Of a stretch of 64,000 nucleotides of DNA, positions 37,706 to 46,555 are shown one piece after another. The position numbers and the translations under genes are program-made. Under the pieces are notes generated by a model that was given only the letters and a program-made list of their open reading frames with translations, was not told where the DNA came from and searched no databases. Each line of letters begins with the position of its first letter. Positions within the stretch are counted from its first letter, which is position 1. Source of the DNA: Candidatus Dojkabacteria bacterium HGW-Dojkabacteria-1 (lineage in GTDB: Bacteria > Patescibacteriota > Dojkabacteria > SC72); NCBI GenBank assembly GCA_002840365.1, contig PHAO01000001.1, positions 652,360 to 716,359 on the forward strand, in the 5' to 3' direction.

Positions 37706-39400
37706 ATGTCAAAAACTATACAAGGTTTAAATCTAGAATCACAATTTACAACAGTAAAGATAGAATTAAAAGGTAAAGATATTGGGCAAATAACAAAGCT
37801 TCTAGACACTATTAGCTCTTTTCACCCTATTTTCTTTAAAGAATATATTCTCTCAAGTGAAGAATTAAGCATTCGTTCAAAGCTTCCTGCAATATGGAGA
37901 GAATCTGATGAATATATTCAAAAGCTCTCAAGTGGAGACATTACATATGAGAAAGCATATGAAGGAGTTGTTAATACAGTAATTACTAAAAGAGTTAAGT
38001 CCATGTCTACAATTCCCCTACTACATGCTGCTCATAATAAGAATATTGAAACAAGCTTAGCAGTTATAAATAGAAACATTGTGGAAGGATATGAACTTGG
38101 ATATAGCAATACTTTTAACAGATACTATGTAATAGGCTGTGGTAAAGGATCACAAATAACAGGTTCTATTGCTTCAAGTAAAGATGCCGCTATAGCACAA
38201 AAAATACAGAGAGATAAATGGTCTACAAATACCATAATAGAAAGATTAGGATTACCAATGCCAAAGTGGCAGATATTGGATAAAGAGAGTGACATAGAAA
38301 AGGTTTGGAAGGAGTATGAGAAGCCAGTCGTTATTAAGCCCACTGGTTTAACAGGTGGTAAAGGAGTAACAGTAGGAATAGAGAATATTGAGAATGCAAA
38401 GAAAGCTTTTAATAGGGCAAAAAAAGAGACAAGCAATAAAGTTCGGTCCCCTTGGCAAACTAAAATTATGATTCAGGAACAGGTCGCAGGAGAAGATTAC
38501 AGGCTTTTAGTTATAAATGGTAAGTTAGAAGTAGCTACAAAAAGAATACCCGCATTTGTTGTTGGAGATGGGAAGAAAAACATTAAGGAATTAATTGAAG
38601 AAACAAATTCTGATCCAAGAAGAGATGTCACAAATCCAGCTCACATACTCAAACCAATTGTAATTGATGAGCCTCTGTTAGATCTATTAGAAAAAAACAA
38701 ATTAACTCTTGAATCTATCCCAGAGAAAGATATGAAAGTCTTTGTAAGAAATATCGCAAGTATGAGTCAAGGTGGAATAACAGAAGATTTTACAGATAAT
38801 GTAAGTAAGGAAATTAAAATTTTGGTAGAGAGTATTGCTCAATCAATACATGCATTTACACTTGGAGTAGATGTAATGTGTAAGGATTCGTCTAAACCAC
38901 TTACTAAAGAAAATGGCGCTATACTAGAGATTAATACTATGCCAGAGGCATATTTGAATCTTTTCCCTGTATTGGGTAAAGAAAGAGGATACGTTGCAGA
39001 CAGATTTGTCGATGGACTACTTTCAGAAAATAAATGTCAAAAGTATGTAGTTGTGGGACAAAGTATTAATGACATACCAACAACATTAAGGAAATGGTGG
39101 AGACAAGACAAGAATCAAAATATTGGAGAGATAATTGAAGACAGATACTATGTAAATGGCCTTCAGATTAACGATGGACTAGAAAGATGGCATGCATTTG
39201 AAGCAATTAAGTGTAACGCTTCATTAGATACAATAATATTACACCATAGAGATTGGAATAATGTTAAAGAGGATGGTTTGGGTTTTGACCATATTAATAC
39301 ACTGTATATAACAAAAGATATGGCTAGAGAGAAAGAGTACATGAAGTTAATGAAGAAATATAAAGGTATGAAGTTAATAGATAATATTAAAATAATATAA
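37706..39400 (+). CDS. Second cyanophycin-synthetase-like ATP-grasp with degenerate N- and C-terminal domains
   Basis: IGCGKG, DKWST, VVIKPTGLTGGKGV, QEQVAGEDYRLLV, RIPAFVVGDG, SMSQGG, EINTMP; C-terminal GLGFD recalls the CphA Mur-like domain but has no P-loop. Confidence 0.75.
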   Translation: MSKTIQGLNLESQFTTVKIELKGKDIGQITKLLDTISSFHPIFFKEYILSSEELSIRSKLPAIWRESDEYIQKLSSGDITYEKAYEGVVNTVITKRVKSMSTIPLLHAAHNKNIETSLAVINRNIVEGYELGYSNTFNRYYVIGCGKGSQITGSIASSKDAAIAQKIQRDKWSTNTIIERLGLPMPKWQILDKESDIEKVWKEYEKPVVIKPTGLTGGKGVTVGIENIENAKKAFNRAKKETSNKVRSPWQTKIMIQEQVAGEDYRLLVINGKLEVATKRIPAFVVGDGKKNIKELIEETNSDPRRDVTNPAHILKPIVIDEPLLDLLEKNKLTLESIPEKDMKVFVRNIASMSQGGITEDFTDNVSKEIKILVESIAQSIHAFTLGVDVMCKDSSKPLTKENGAILEINTMPEAYLNLFPVLGKERGYVADRFVDGLLSENKCQKYVVVGQSINDIPTTLRKWWRQDKNQNIGEIIEDRYYVNGLQINDGLERWHAFEAIKCNASLDTIILHHRDWNNVKEDGLGFDHINTLYITKDMAREKEYMKLMKKYKGMKLIDNIKII

Positions 39401-39402
39401 AT

Positions 39403-40356
39403 ATGAACTACTTAATTATAGATAAAAGACAAAGAGTCGAAACAGGTAATGAGGACAAAATCGCCACTGCCAATCTAAGACTCATGGAAGAGTTGGATAA
39501 AAAAGGTATACCCCACTCTCTTGCATACAATGATGAACTAGAATTTCAGTTCATTGATGGTGAAACAGTGATAAAAGCGAAAGGTGAAGATATTCGAAAA
39601 TACACTCATATACTGCTTAGAGGGCATGCTTTACATAACGAAATGGAGTATCAATTCAAGAGATACATAGTGGACTATATAGATGAACATAATAGAAAAA
39701 ATCCAAATGAAAAGGTATTAATACAAAATAGTGAAGCTATGAAAAGGTTTCCTTACTACAATAAGATAGCTCTTGCCCTATTCTGCTCTATCAATGATAT
39801 ACCTTACTTCAATACATATTTTAGAACAGATGGAAATTATTTAGCACACAGGGACATACTCGAAGCTTTTCCTCTTATAATTAAGGAGTATGCAGGAGCA
39901 AATAGAGTTGAAATTATTGATGGTAAGGAAAAAATTAAAAAGAACGTCTTTAAAATAAGTAATGAAGATGATTATAGACAGGAGTATTTAAAGGATTTAG
40001 ATCACTCTAGGTTTTTCATACAGGAATTCTCTGATAGCGGTAAGGATATGAGAATCTTCGTAAAATTAGGCAAAGTCATTGGTGGATGGAAGAGAGAGGC
40101 AGTGGATGGTTTCATGACTGTAAAGGATGGAAATTACACTATGTACAACGAACCCGAGAAGGAAATAAAGGAATTTGCTGAAAATGTTGCACAAAAACTC
40201 TCAGCAGATTTTGTAGCAGTAGATATTATGTATATGGGAGACAAACCCTTACTACAGGAGATTAGTTATCACCCAGGTTTCAAAGCATACGAAACAAAAA
40301 TAGAGGGAGAACCTGTAAATATAGCAGAAGCAATAGTAACAGCATTTAAGGAGTAA
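39403..40356 (+). CDS. Divergent RimK-like ATP-grasp protein
   Basis: YNKI, FPLIIKE, FFIQEF, KDMRIFV, ADFVAVDIM, EISYHPGF. Confidence 0.75.
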   Translation: MNYLIIDKRQRVETGNEDKIATANLRLMEELDKKGIPHSLAYNDELEFQFIDGETVIKAKGEDIRKYTHILLRGHALHNEMEYQFKRYIVDYIDEHNRKNPNEKVLIQNSEAMKRFPYYNKIALALFCSINDIPYFNTYFRTDGNYLAHRDILEAFPLIIKEYAGANRVEIIDGKEKIKKNVFKISNEDDYRQEYLKDLDHSRFFIQEFSDSGKDMRIFVKLGKVIGGWKREAVDGFMTVKDGNYTMYNEPEKEIKEFAENVAQKLSADFVAVDIMYMGDKPLLQEISYHPGFKAYETKIEGEPVNIAEAIVTAFKE

Positions 40357-41523
40357 CTAAATACCTGCTTTCTTAAATATTGATTTCCAAAGTTCTTTGG
40401 TAGGAACTATGTGAGCATTCGGAATTAACCCTTCATCTACCCATTCACATTGATTAAAATCAATCTTTCCTGCATAGAGCTTTTCATACAATGAAGGATC
40501 TTTTTCAAGTTGCCTAATAACCTTTCTAAATCCTCTGAAATACACAATATCCTTTGCATATATTCCTGGATAACTAGTATCCCCTAGTCCTCTTTTTACC
40601 CTATATACAACATCAAAAGCTGATCTCCTTGGAAGTGCACCTAATACACTGTTATACAACTCTCTAAACGTTAGTTCTTCTCCAATATATATTGCCCATA
40701 CAAGTGCTGCTTTCTCTTTTAACCATCTAAGAGTTAACAAATCCATATTAGATTCATTCCATGTAGCCAAACCCTCCTCGACATCTAGATAACTGGGTAA
40801 ATTGGCTTTTGCTAAAGCATCAAAACCACTCTTCGCACCATTAGTAGACCTAAGAACATGGGTACCAACTTCATGTACAATTGTTTTTCTTAGTTTAAAC
40901 TTTGATCTCTCTATATTTGGATCTAAGAGTACCTGCTTTGTCTTTATACCAACCTTAGCTCCATTTTTTGCAATATTCATAGATTTAGCAACACTCCATC
41001 CATCTAAATATAATTCCTTAAACACAATATCAAAAACCTCTTGTATATCATCAAACCTTAGCATATCCTCAGGTTTAGCCTTTTTCATATTTGCCAACTT
41101 ATATGCATCTACCTTACCCCTTAATACTCTAGTTGCATTTCTAAATAGCTTTGGAGATGGCTTGGAATATTTCTTGTATGAGAGATCTGTAACTAATTCG
41201 TTATTACCTACTGAATGCATAAGGTCGCTAGAGTCTTTTTTAGATTCGATAAGTTGGATATAGAAGTCGGAAATTCTAGGATCTACATCAGTAATTTCTT
41301 TCAATGAAGAAAGTTTCTTAAAAATCTCTTCATTTTTGTTTTTAATTAATCTATATGTAAATTGCGGCTCATAGTTATCTGAGTCGAAAAATTTCTTTTT
41401 CTCTACATCTAAATTAGTAGGAGTAAACACTAAGCCAATGGGAATTCTTAATTGTGAGAGGTGATTTGTAACCTCCTCGAGCTTCATTGTTGATTTATCC
41501 TTTTTAGAGAAGATATTTACCAT
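40357..41523 (-). CDS. DUF1704 / MATCAP-like zinc carboxypeptidase
   Basis: HEVGTH (HExxxH), EEGLA, RVKRG, KDIVYFRG, LYAGKI. Confidence 0.85.
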   Translation of the reverse strand: MVNIFSKKDKSTMKLEEVTNHLSQLRIPIGLVFTPTNLDVEKKKFFDSDNYEPQFTYRLIKNKNEEIFKKLSSLKEITDVDPRISDFYIQLIESKKDSSDLMHSVGNNELVTDLSYKKYSKPSPKLFRNATRVLRGKVDAYKLANMKKAKPEDMLRFDDIQEVFDIVFKELYLDGWSVAKSMNIAKNGAKVGIKTKQVLLDPNIERSKFKLRKTIVHEVGTHVLRSTNGAKSGFDALAKANLPSYLDVEEGLATWNESNMDLLTLRWLKEKAALVWAIYIGEELTFRELYNSVLGALPRRSAFDVVYRVKRGLGDTSYPGIYAKDIVYFRGFRKVIRQLEKDPSLYEKLYAGKIDFNQCEWVDEGLIPNAHIVPTKELWKSIFKKAGI

Positions 41524-41540
41524 TACAAGAATAAAAAATA

Positions 41541-42557
41541 TTAATTATACCCCTTGTTAAAAGAGAATACTCTTTCTCCTGTCACCATTAATTCTAATGC
41601 TATACCAGTACCCTTTACAACACAATACATAGGTTCATCTGCAACATGGGCAGGGACACCTATTGCCTTTGTAAATAGCTTATCAAGGTTTCTTAATTTT
41701 GAAGTACCACCACTCATAACCATTCCCCTGTCCATAATATCTGCTGAAAGCTCAGGTGGAGTTTTCTCCAATACACCCTTAATACTATTAATAATACTTA
41801 ACAATGGTCTTTTCACTGCAAATGCAACATCATTGGAATCAATATTAATTGCTTTTGGAAGACCAGCCCCTACATCCCTTCCTCTAACTTCCATACTCTT
41901 CGGGTTCTTTATTTCAATTGCACTTCCAATCCTTATCTTAATATTCTCTGCAGTTTGCTCTCCAATCAATACACCCTTCTTCTTACGCATATAGTTTATT
42001 ATTGCCTCATTAATAGCATCTCCAGCAATCCTTAGTGAGTCATACTCTACAATACCATCCAAAGAAAGAACCGCTATCTCTGCAGTACCACCTCCTAAAT
42101 TCACAATCATATTCCCTGAAGAAGTCTCTATTGGTAGACCAGCACCAAGTGCTGCTAAAAGAGGTTCTGGTAACATAGTAACTTGCCTTGCACCTGCATT
42201 ACTTGCTGCTTTAATAACTGCTCTTTGCTCAACAGTGGTAATACCTGCAGGTACACTTATCACAACCTCTGGTTTAAAAAATCTAGATTTACCAAGAGCT
42301 TTATTCAAAAAATACTTAAGCAAAGCTTCCGTTACTCTAGAGTCTGCGATTACACCATTTCTCATTGGCCTTCTTGCAACAATATTCTCAGGAGTCTTAC
42401 CAATCATTCTTTTAGCTTCAGAACCTACTGCTATAACCTTATAATTATTTACATCTATTGCAACAACAGTTGGCTCAACAAAGGATATCCCTTCCCCTTG
42501 GACAAATACTATTGAATTAGCAGTACCTAAATCTATACCTAACTTCTTTCCTAACAT
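41541..42557 (-). CDS. mreB: MreB/Mbl actin-like protein (copy 2)
   Basis: GIDLGTAN, EPTVVA, NLGGGT, AGD, SGG. Confidence 0.93.
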   Translation of the reverse strand: MLGKKLGIDLGTANSIVFVQGEGISFVEPTVVAIDVNNYKVIAVGSEAKRMIGKTPENIVARRPMRNGVIADSRVTEALLKYFLNKALGKSRFFKPEVVISVPAGITTVEQRAVIKAASNAGARQVTMLPEPLLAALGAGLPIETSSGNMIVNLGGGTAEIAVLSLDGIVEYDSLRIAGDAINEAIINYMRKKKGVLIGEQTAENIKIRIGSAIEIKNPKSMEVRGRDVGAGLPKAINIDSNDVAFAVKRPLLSIINSIKGVLEKTPPELSADIMDRGMVMSGGTSKLRNLDKLFTKAIGVPAHVADEPMYCVVKGTGIALELMVTGERVFSFNKGYN

Positions 42558-42612
42558 GACTCGATTATATCACTAAGATACTGTTTTTAGAAAAGTTAGT
42601 TAAATTAGAAAT

Positions 42613-44211
42613 ATGATATACTTAGACACAATGACAAAAGAAAAGAGGAACAAAAAAATCCTTACTTTAATATCAATAATTGCATCTGTTTCTGTTTACA
42701 TAGGAGCTGTCTTAGTATATCTGTATGCAAATGGTTGGAGAATAGATCCCTTTAATCAACAAGTTATCAAAACAGGAGTACTTACAGTAGAATCAGATCC
42801 TTTCTTAGCCTCACTTTTTATAGAGGGAGAAAGCAGAGGAAGAACACCACGAAGCACAAGTCTTCATGTTGGAGAATACAATATTTCTGTACGAAGAGAT
42901 GGATATTTAGAATGGCAAAAGAGAGTTGAAATTAAGGAGGAGAAGTCTACTAATGTATACCCATGGCTTATAAGGGAGAGGATAGAAAAACAGAATCTCT
43001 CTACTATCGAAGGGAGAAAATATTTACAAAGCTGGGAAAGTGAAAACAGCGATAGAATATTAATCCTTACAAGTAAATTGAATGAGGAGACTACACTTTT
43101 TGATTTTGAACTATGGCTATACATAGTGAACACAACCTTTTGGGACCTAAGTTCTAATCCAAAAGTTGTACTCTCATTTCAATCCGCACAAGAACCTACA
43201 ATTGACCTACTCTCCTCTCCAGCTGGAGTATATTGGCTACTTAAATATACCCAAGATAGCATCAGTACTTCATACCTATTAGATACTTCTAAAAGTACTA
43301 CTTTAGAAAACTTAGTAGTACTAAACACCTCTCCTTTTGACTCATACGAAATTAGTTGGGCTAGAAACAATCAATATTTAATGTTTGAATCAGACCAAGA
43401 TTTAATTTCCTTTAGTATAGATAGACAAAATAGATATCTTTTAATAAAGAAGACAGCTGATAACCAATATATCTGGAATACCGACGAACAAGGATACTTC
43501 TATATATTAGAGAGTGCATTGGAAAATGAAACCGAAAGAGTATATGCATATGTTTTAACTCAACAAGAAATGGATGGCTCTAATCCCAAGGTTTTAGTAA
43601 GTGACCTATTCTTTCAAAAGAATAAAGATTACTTGACCAGATATATAGAGGATACAACACCTTTTAGATTTACTGCTTTTACCAATTCTACTGCAAGTAC
43701 ACGCAGTGTTGGTAAGGTTGAACACATTAGAGTAAATCAAAGTGCGCAGGGAATATATATTCAAACCTCAGTAGCTTCTTACTGGTACAATATGAAAACA
43801 AAGAGATATCATATGATTACTCCATTCAAGTCTGAATTTGTTTCTTTTGCCCCAGATAATAGTAAATTAATTTACAAAGATGAGAATGAATACAGTATCT
43901 TTACTTTCCTTAAAGAAGAAAGCAATCCTAATGTAGAAATTGGAGCTAAAAGAATTGATAATCTCTCCCTGAGCAATGGAAAGATACTTGGTTGGCTATC
44001 AAATTCTTCATATATCTACTTTGTAGAAGATAATCGCTTGTATATTGCTGATAAAGACGGAGATAACAAAACATTAATTTTAAGTAGTGTCGATACAAAT
44101 TTACACTTAGGAATGACATCCTCTAGAGATTACCTCTTTACTATATCTATCTTAGTAAACCCGGTAGATGGACAAGAGATAATATCAATAGACAGGTATC
44201 TAGTTCACTAA
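42613..44211 (+). CDS. Membrane-anchored PEGA-domain protein with beta-propeller-like C-terminus
   Basis: TM, YANGWR, TGVLTVESDP...GRTP...GEYNISVRRDGYLEWQK. Confidence 0.8.
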   Translation: MIYLDTMTKEKRNKKILTLISIIASVSVYIGAVLVYLYANGWRIDPFNQQVIKTGVLTVESDPFLASLFIEGESRGRTPRSTSLHVGEYNISVRRDGYLEWQKRVEIKEEKSTNVYPWLIRERIEKQNLSTIEGRKYLQSWESENSDRILILTSKLNEETTLFDFELWLYIVNTTFWDLSSNPKVVLSFQSAQEPTIDLLSSPAGVYWLLKYTQDSISTSYLLDTSKSTTLENLVVLNTSPFDSYEISWARNNQYLMFESDQDLISFSIDRQNRYLLIKKTADNQYIWNTDEQGYFYILESALENETERVYAYVLTQQEMDGSNPKVLVSDLFFQKNKDYLTRYIEDTTPFRFTAFTNSTASTRSVGKVEHIRVNQSAQGIYIQTSVASYWYNMKTKRYHMITPFKSEFVSFAPDNSKLIYKDENEYSIFTFLKEESNPNVEIGAKRIDNLSLSNGKILGWLSNSSYIYFVEDNRLYIADKDGDNKTLILSSVDTNLHLGMTSSRDYLFTISILVNPVDGQEIISIDRYLVH

Positions 44212-44214
44212 GTC

Positions 44215-45816
44215 TTACTTCTTCATCTGTACCTTGTCAGTAGCATAGAAGTTCTTCTTGAACCCCCTACCTAACATCATTTCAGTATCTGCCTGAAGAT
44301 ACGGTATGAATCCAAAGGACAACATCTGTACTGCAATTAAAGCGACTTCTCCGAAATCTATAAGGTGTCTCCACCATTTCCAATCTGAAGGTATTGGTGT
44401 AATTTTTCTCCTATAGTACACTATAAATACATTACATATAAGTAAGGTTGTAAGTAAAAAGCTCATTGCATTAGGAAGATTGTAAGAAGCAGAACTAAAC
44501 AAATAGTCCTTACTAATCAATCCCAAAAGATTTAAACCAAATGTCATAAGATATACAACAGTTGTAAAAAATATATATGTTCTGTACATAGCAAAAAATA
44601 TAAATATTTTCTTGTATACAGGTATGCTCTTCTCATATATTAGAGATGCTAATGTTGTGGGAAATATAATAACACCCCACCCCCATCTATGCTGCTGTTT
44701 GTAAAAAGATTTATATGATTTAATAGTACTTTCATTTTCAACTGCATCACTATGAGTTGGAATATATACCTCTTCACCCTGAAATTCCCCCTTAAAACGA
44801 ATAAGGGCATTCCAAAAGAATGTTGAATCATCAATACCAAGCTGTGGATCCCAATAGTGAACCTCTTTCAATGTTTTTAAATTTACAACATAAGAAGAAA
44901 ATGTTTCTTTTGCACTTAAAACATTCTTTACAAAAGGCATATGTTCATACTTTTCAGTAACCCAAGTATGTAAAATTACTAATGTGAGCATTGAAGATTG
45001 AACCCTAATCAATGTAGGTACTCTCCATATATTGTTGTTTAATGTATATACAGCACTTGTGTAGTATCTTTTTTCAGGATTTTCTACTGTTAGATATTTG
45101 TAAGTAATTGCAGATAGATACTTTGGATCTGGCCTGAGGTCACAGTCACAAGTAATTAAGAGATATTTTGAAATATCCTTTCCCTCTGATTCTAGTTTCT
45201 GTACAAACTTTCTTGTTGCCCAGTTAATATTTGCTCCCTTTACTCCTGTAGCTTCTCCCTCAATATCTTTGGGATGGACATAATACTGCATACTTGCAAA
45301 TTTATCTCCATATTTCTCTTTCAATATCTTGAAATTGGGTATTTGTATATCATCAGCTGTTCTTTCCTCCATAGCAACAACTACATGTATCTTGTCCGCA
45401 CCAACATCACTCTTACTCCATGCTTCAAAAGATGGTTCTAAAACATCCAAACCCTCCTTGTATACAGGACAAAGATATATGTAACTTAATTCATCAAATC
45501 CTTCTTTGTTCCCTTCCTTAATCTTTGCGACAAAATCTGTATTTAAATCTCTTTTCATTCTACTTACACCAATGGCTATACCAATTACGAACTTCACTCC
45601 CCTATACATCCAATATATGATTAAGAAGGAAACATAGAAAACAAATATCCGTTCTAAACCGAATAGGCCAAGTAGAATTGGTGAAAGAACAAGTAACCAA
45701 ACTAAAAACCCTGGTACAATTTCCAATGTTCTTCTTAACCATTTAGGTGTTTGAGCAGGATACCCATCTACCCTGTCTGGAGCTTTTAATTCCTCAAGTC
45801 TTGGTTTCTCGTTCAT
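44215..45816 (-). CDS. Membrane GT2-family (processive-type) glycosyltransferase
   Basis: PVYKE, KGANIN, TCDCD, IDD, QQHRWGWG (QxxRW), flanking TMs. Confidence 0.85.
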   Translation of the reverse strand: MNEKPRLEELKAPDRVDGYPAQTPKWLRRTLEIVPGFLVWLLVLSPILLGLFGLERIFVFYVSFLIIYWMYRGVKFVIGIAIGVSRMKRDLNTDFVAKIKEGNKEGFDELSYIYLCPVYKEGLDVLEPSFEAWSKSDVGADKIHVVVAMEERTADDIQIPNFKILKEKYGDKFASMQYYVHPKDIEGEATGVKGANINWATRKFVQKLESEGKDISKYLLITCDCDLRPDPKYLSAITYKYLTVENPEKRYYTSAVYTLNNNIWRVPTLIRVQSSMLTLVILHTWVTEKYEHMPFVKNVLSAKETFSSYVVNLKTLKEVHYWDPQLGIDDSTFFWNALIRFKGEFQGEEVYIPTHSDAVENESTIKSYKSFYKQQHRWGWGVIIFPTTLASLIYEKSIPVYKKIFIFFAMYRTYIFFTTVVYLMTFGLNLLGLISKDYLFSSASYNLPNAMSFLLTTLLICNVFIVYYRRKITPIPSDWKWWRHLIDFGEVALIAVQMLSFGFIPYLQADTEMMLGRGFKKNFYATDKVQMKK

Positions 45817-45846
45817 TTGTATATTAAAAGAAATTATCTTTACAAA

Positions 45847-45920
45847 CGCACCCGACCGGAATCGAACCAGTAACCTACGCGTTAGGAGTGCGTTGCTCTA
45901 TCCTATTGAGCTACGGGTGC
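45847..45920 (-). tRNA. tRNA-Arg(CCT)
   Basis: GCACCCG acceptor, ACGCA-CT-CCT-AA-CGCGT, GGTTCGATTCC. Confidence 0.92.
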
Positions 45921-45941
45921 AAGCGCATAATTATATCATTT

Positions 45942-46139
45942 CTAATGATTTTGTTTTAAGCGTACAAGAAATTCTTTTACTGAAGTTTCGTAAGCTTGTG
46001 GTGTTTTGTGCTCCTCTGTTTGAGATTTAAACCATGAAAAGAAAAAAGTTGAGGATACTCTAAGGGCTTCTTGTTCAGAAAAACCGCTAGCAAGAAGTAT
46101 ATTAACAAACTTTTCTTGAATACTTCGAAATTCTTCCAT
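45942..46139 (-). CDS. Small hypothetical protein
   Basis: 65-aa ORF starting 1 nt after the upstream ORF; fills the gap to the tRNA. Confidence 0.5.
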   Translation of the reverse strand: MEEFRSIQEKFVNILLASGFSEQEALRVSSTFFFSWFKSQTEEHKTPQAYETSVKEFLVRLKQNH

Positions 46140-46140
46140 T

Positions 46141-46509
46141 CTATCTTTGTTGAAGATATCCTATTACAATACCTGCAACTACTCCAATACCTGTAGTAAA
46201 CCCCACTATTGTACATCCACATCCATGAGCAGGATCAGGATGTTGACCTGCCACTAAATTTTTTCTTTCAAGATTGTAATATATGTTTGTCAGGATAAGG
46301 CCAATACCAAATCCCGCAACAGCCCCTATTCCTGCATATATACCAACTAACTCGAAATTAGTCTCAAGTAAGCTCTGAGTCCAAGGCTTTGATAGCTCAT
46401 ATGACTCTGATACGACTTGATTACCAAACATCTCACTCATTATTTCAAGTGTTCTGTTTTCTGCTTCTGAAGCTATTTCTATATTGTTACTTAATATTTC
46501 TTGGTTCAC
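46141..46509 (-). CDS. Small membrane protein with two glycine-zipper-like helices
   Basis: GIYAGIGAVAGFGIG and GFTTGIGVVAGIVIG. Confidence 0.55.
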   Translation of the reverse strand: MNQEILSNNIEIASEAENRTLEIMSEMFGNQVVSESYELSKPWTQSLLETNFELVGIYAGIGAVAGFGIGLILTNIYYNLERKNLVAGQHPDPAHGCGCTIVGFTTGIGVVAGIVIGYLQQR

Positions 46510-46555
46510 TATAGGGGCAAATTATATCACATTTCATGGTATAATAAAGGCTGCT

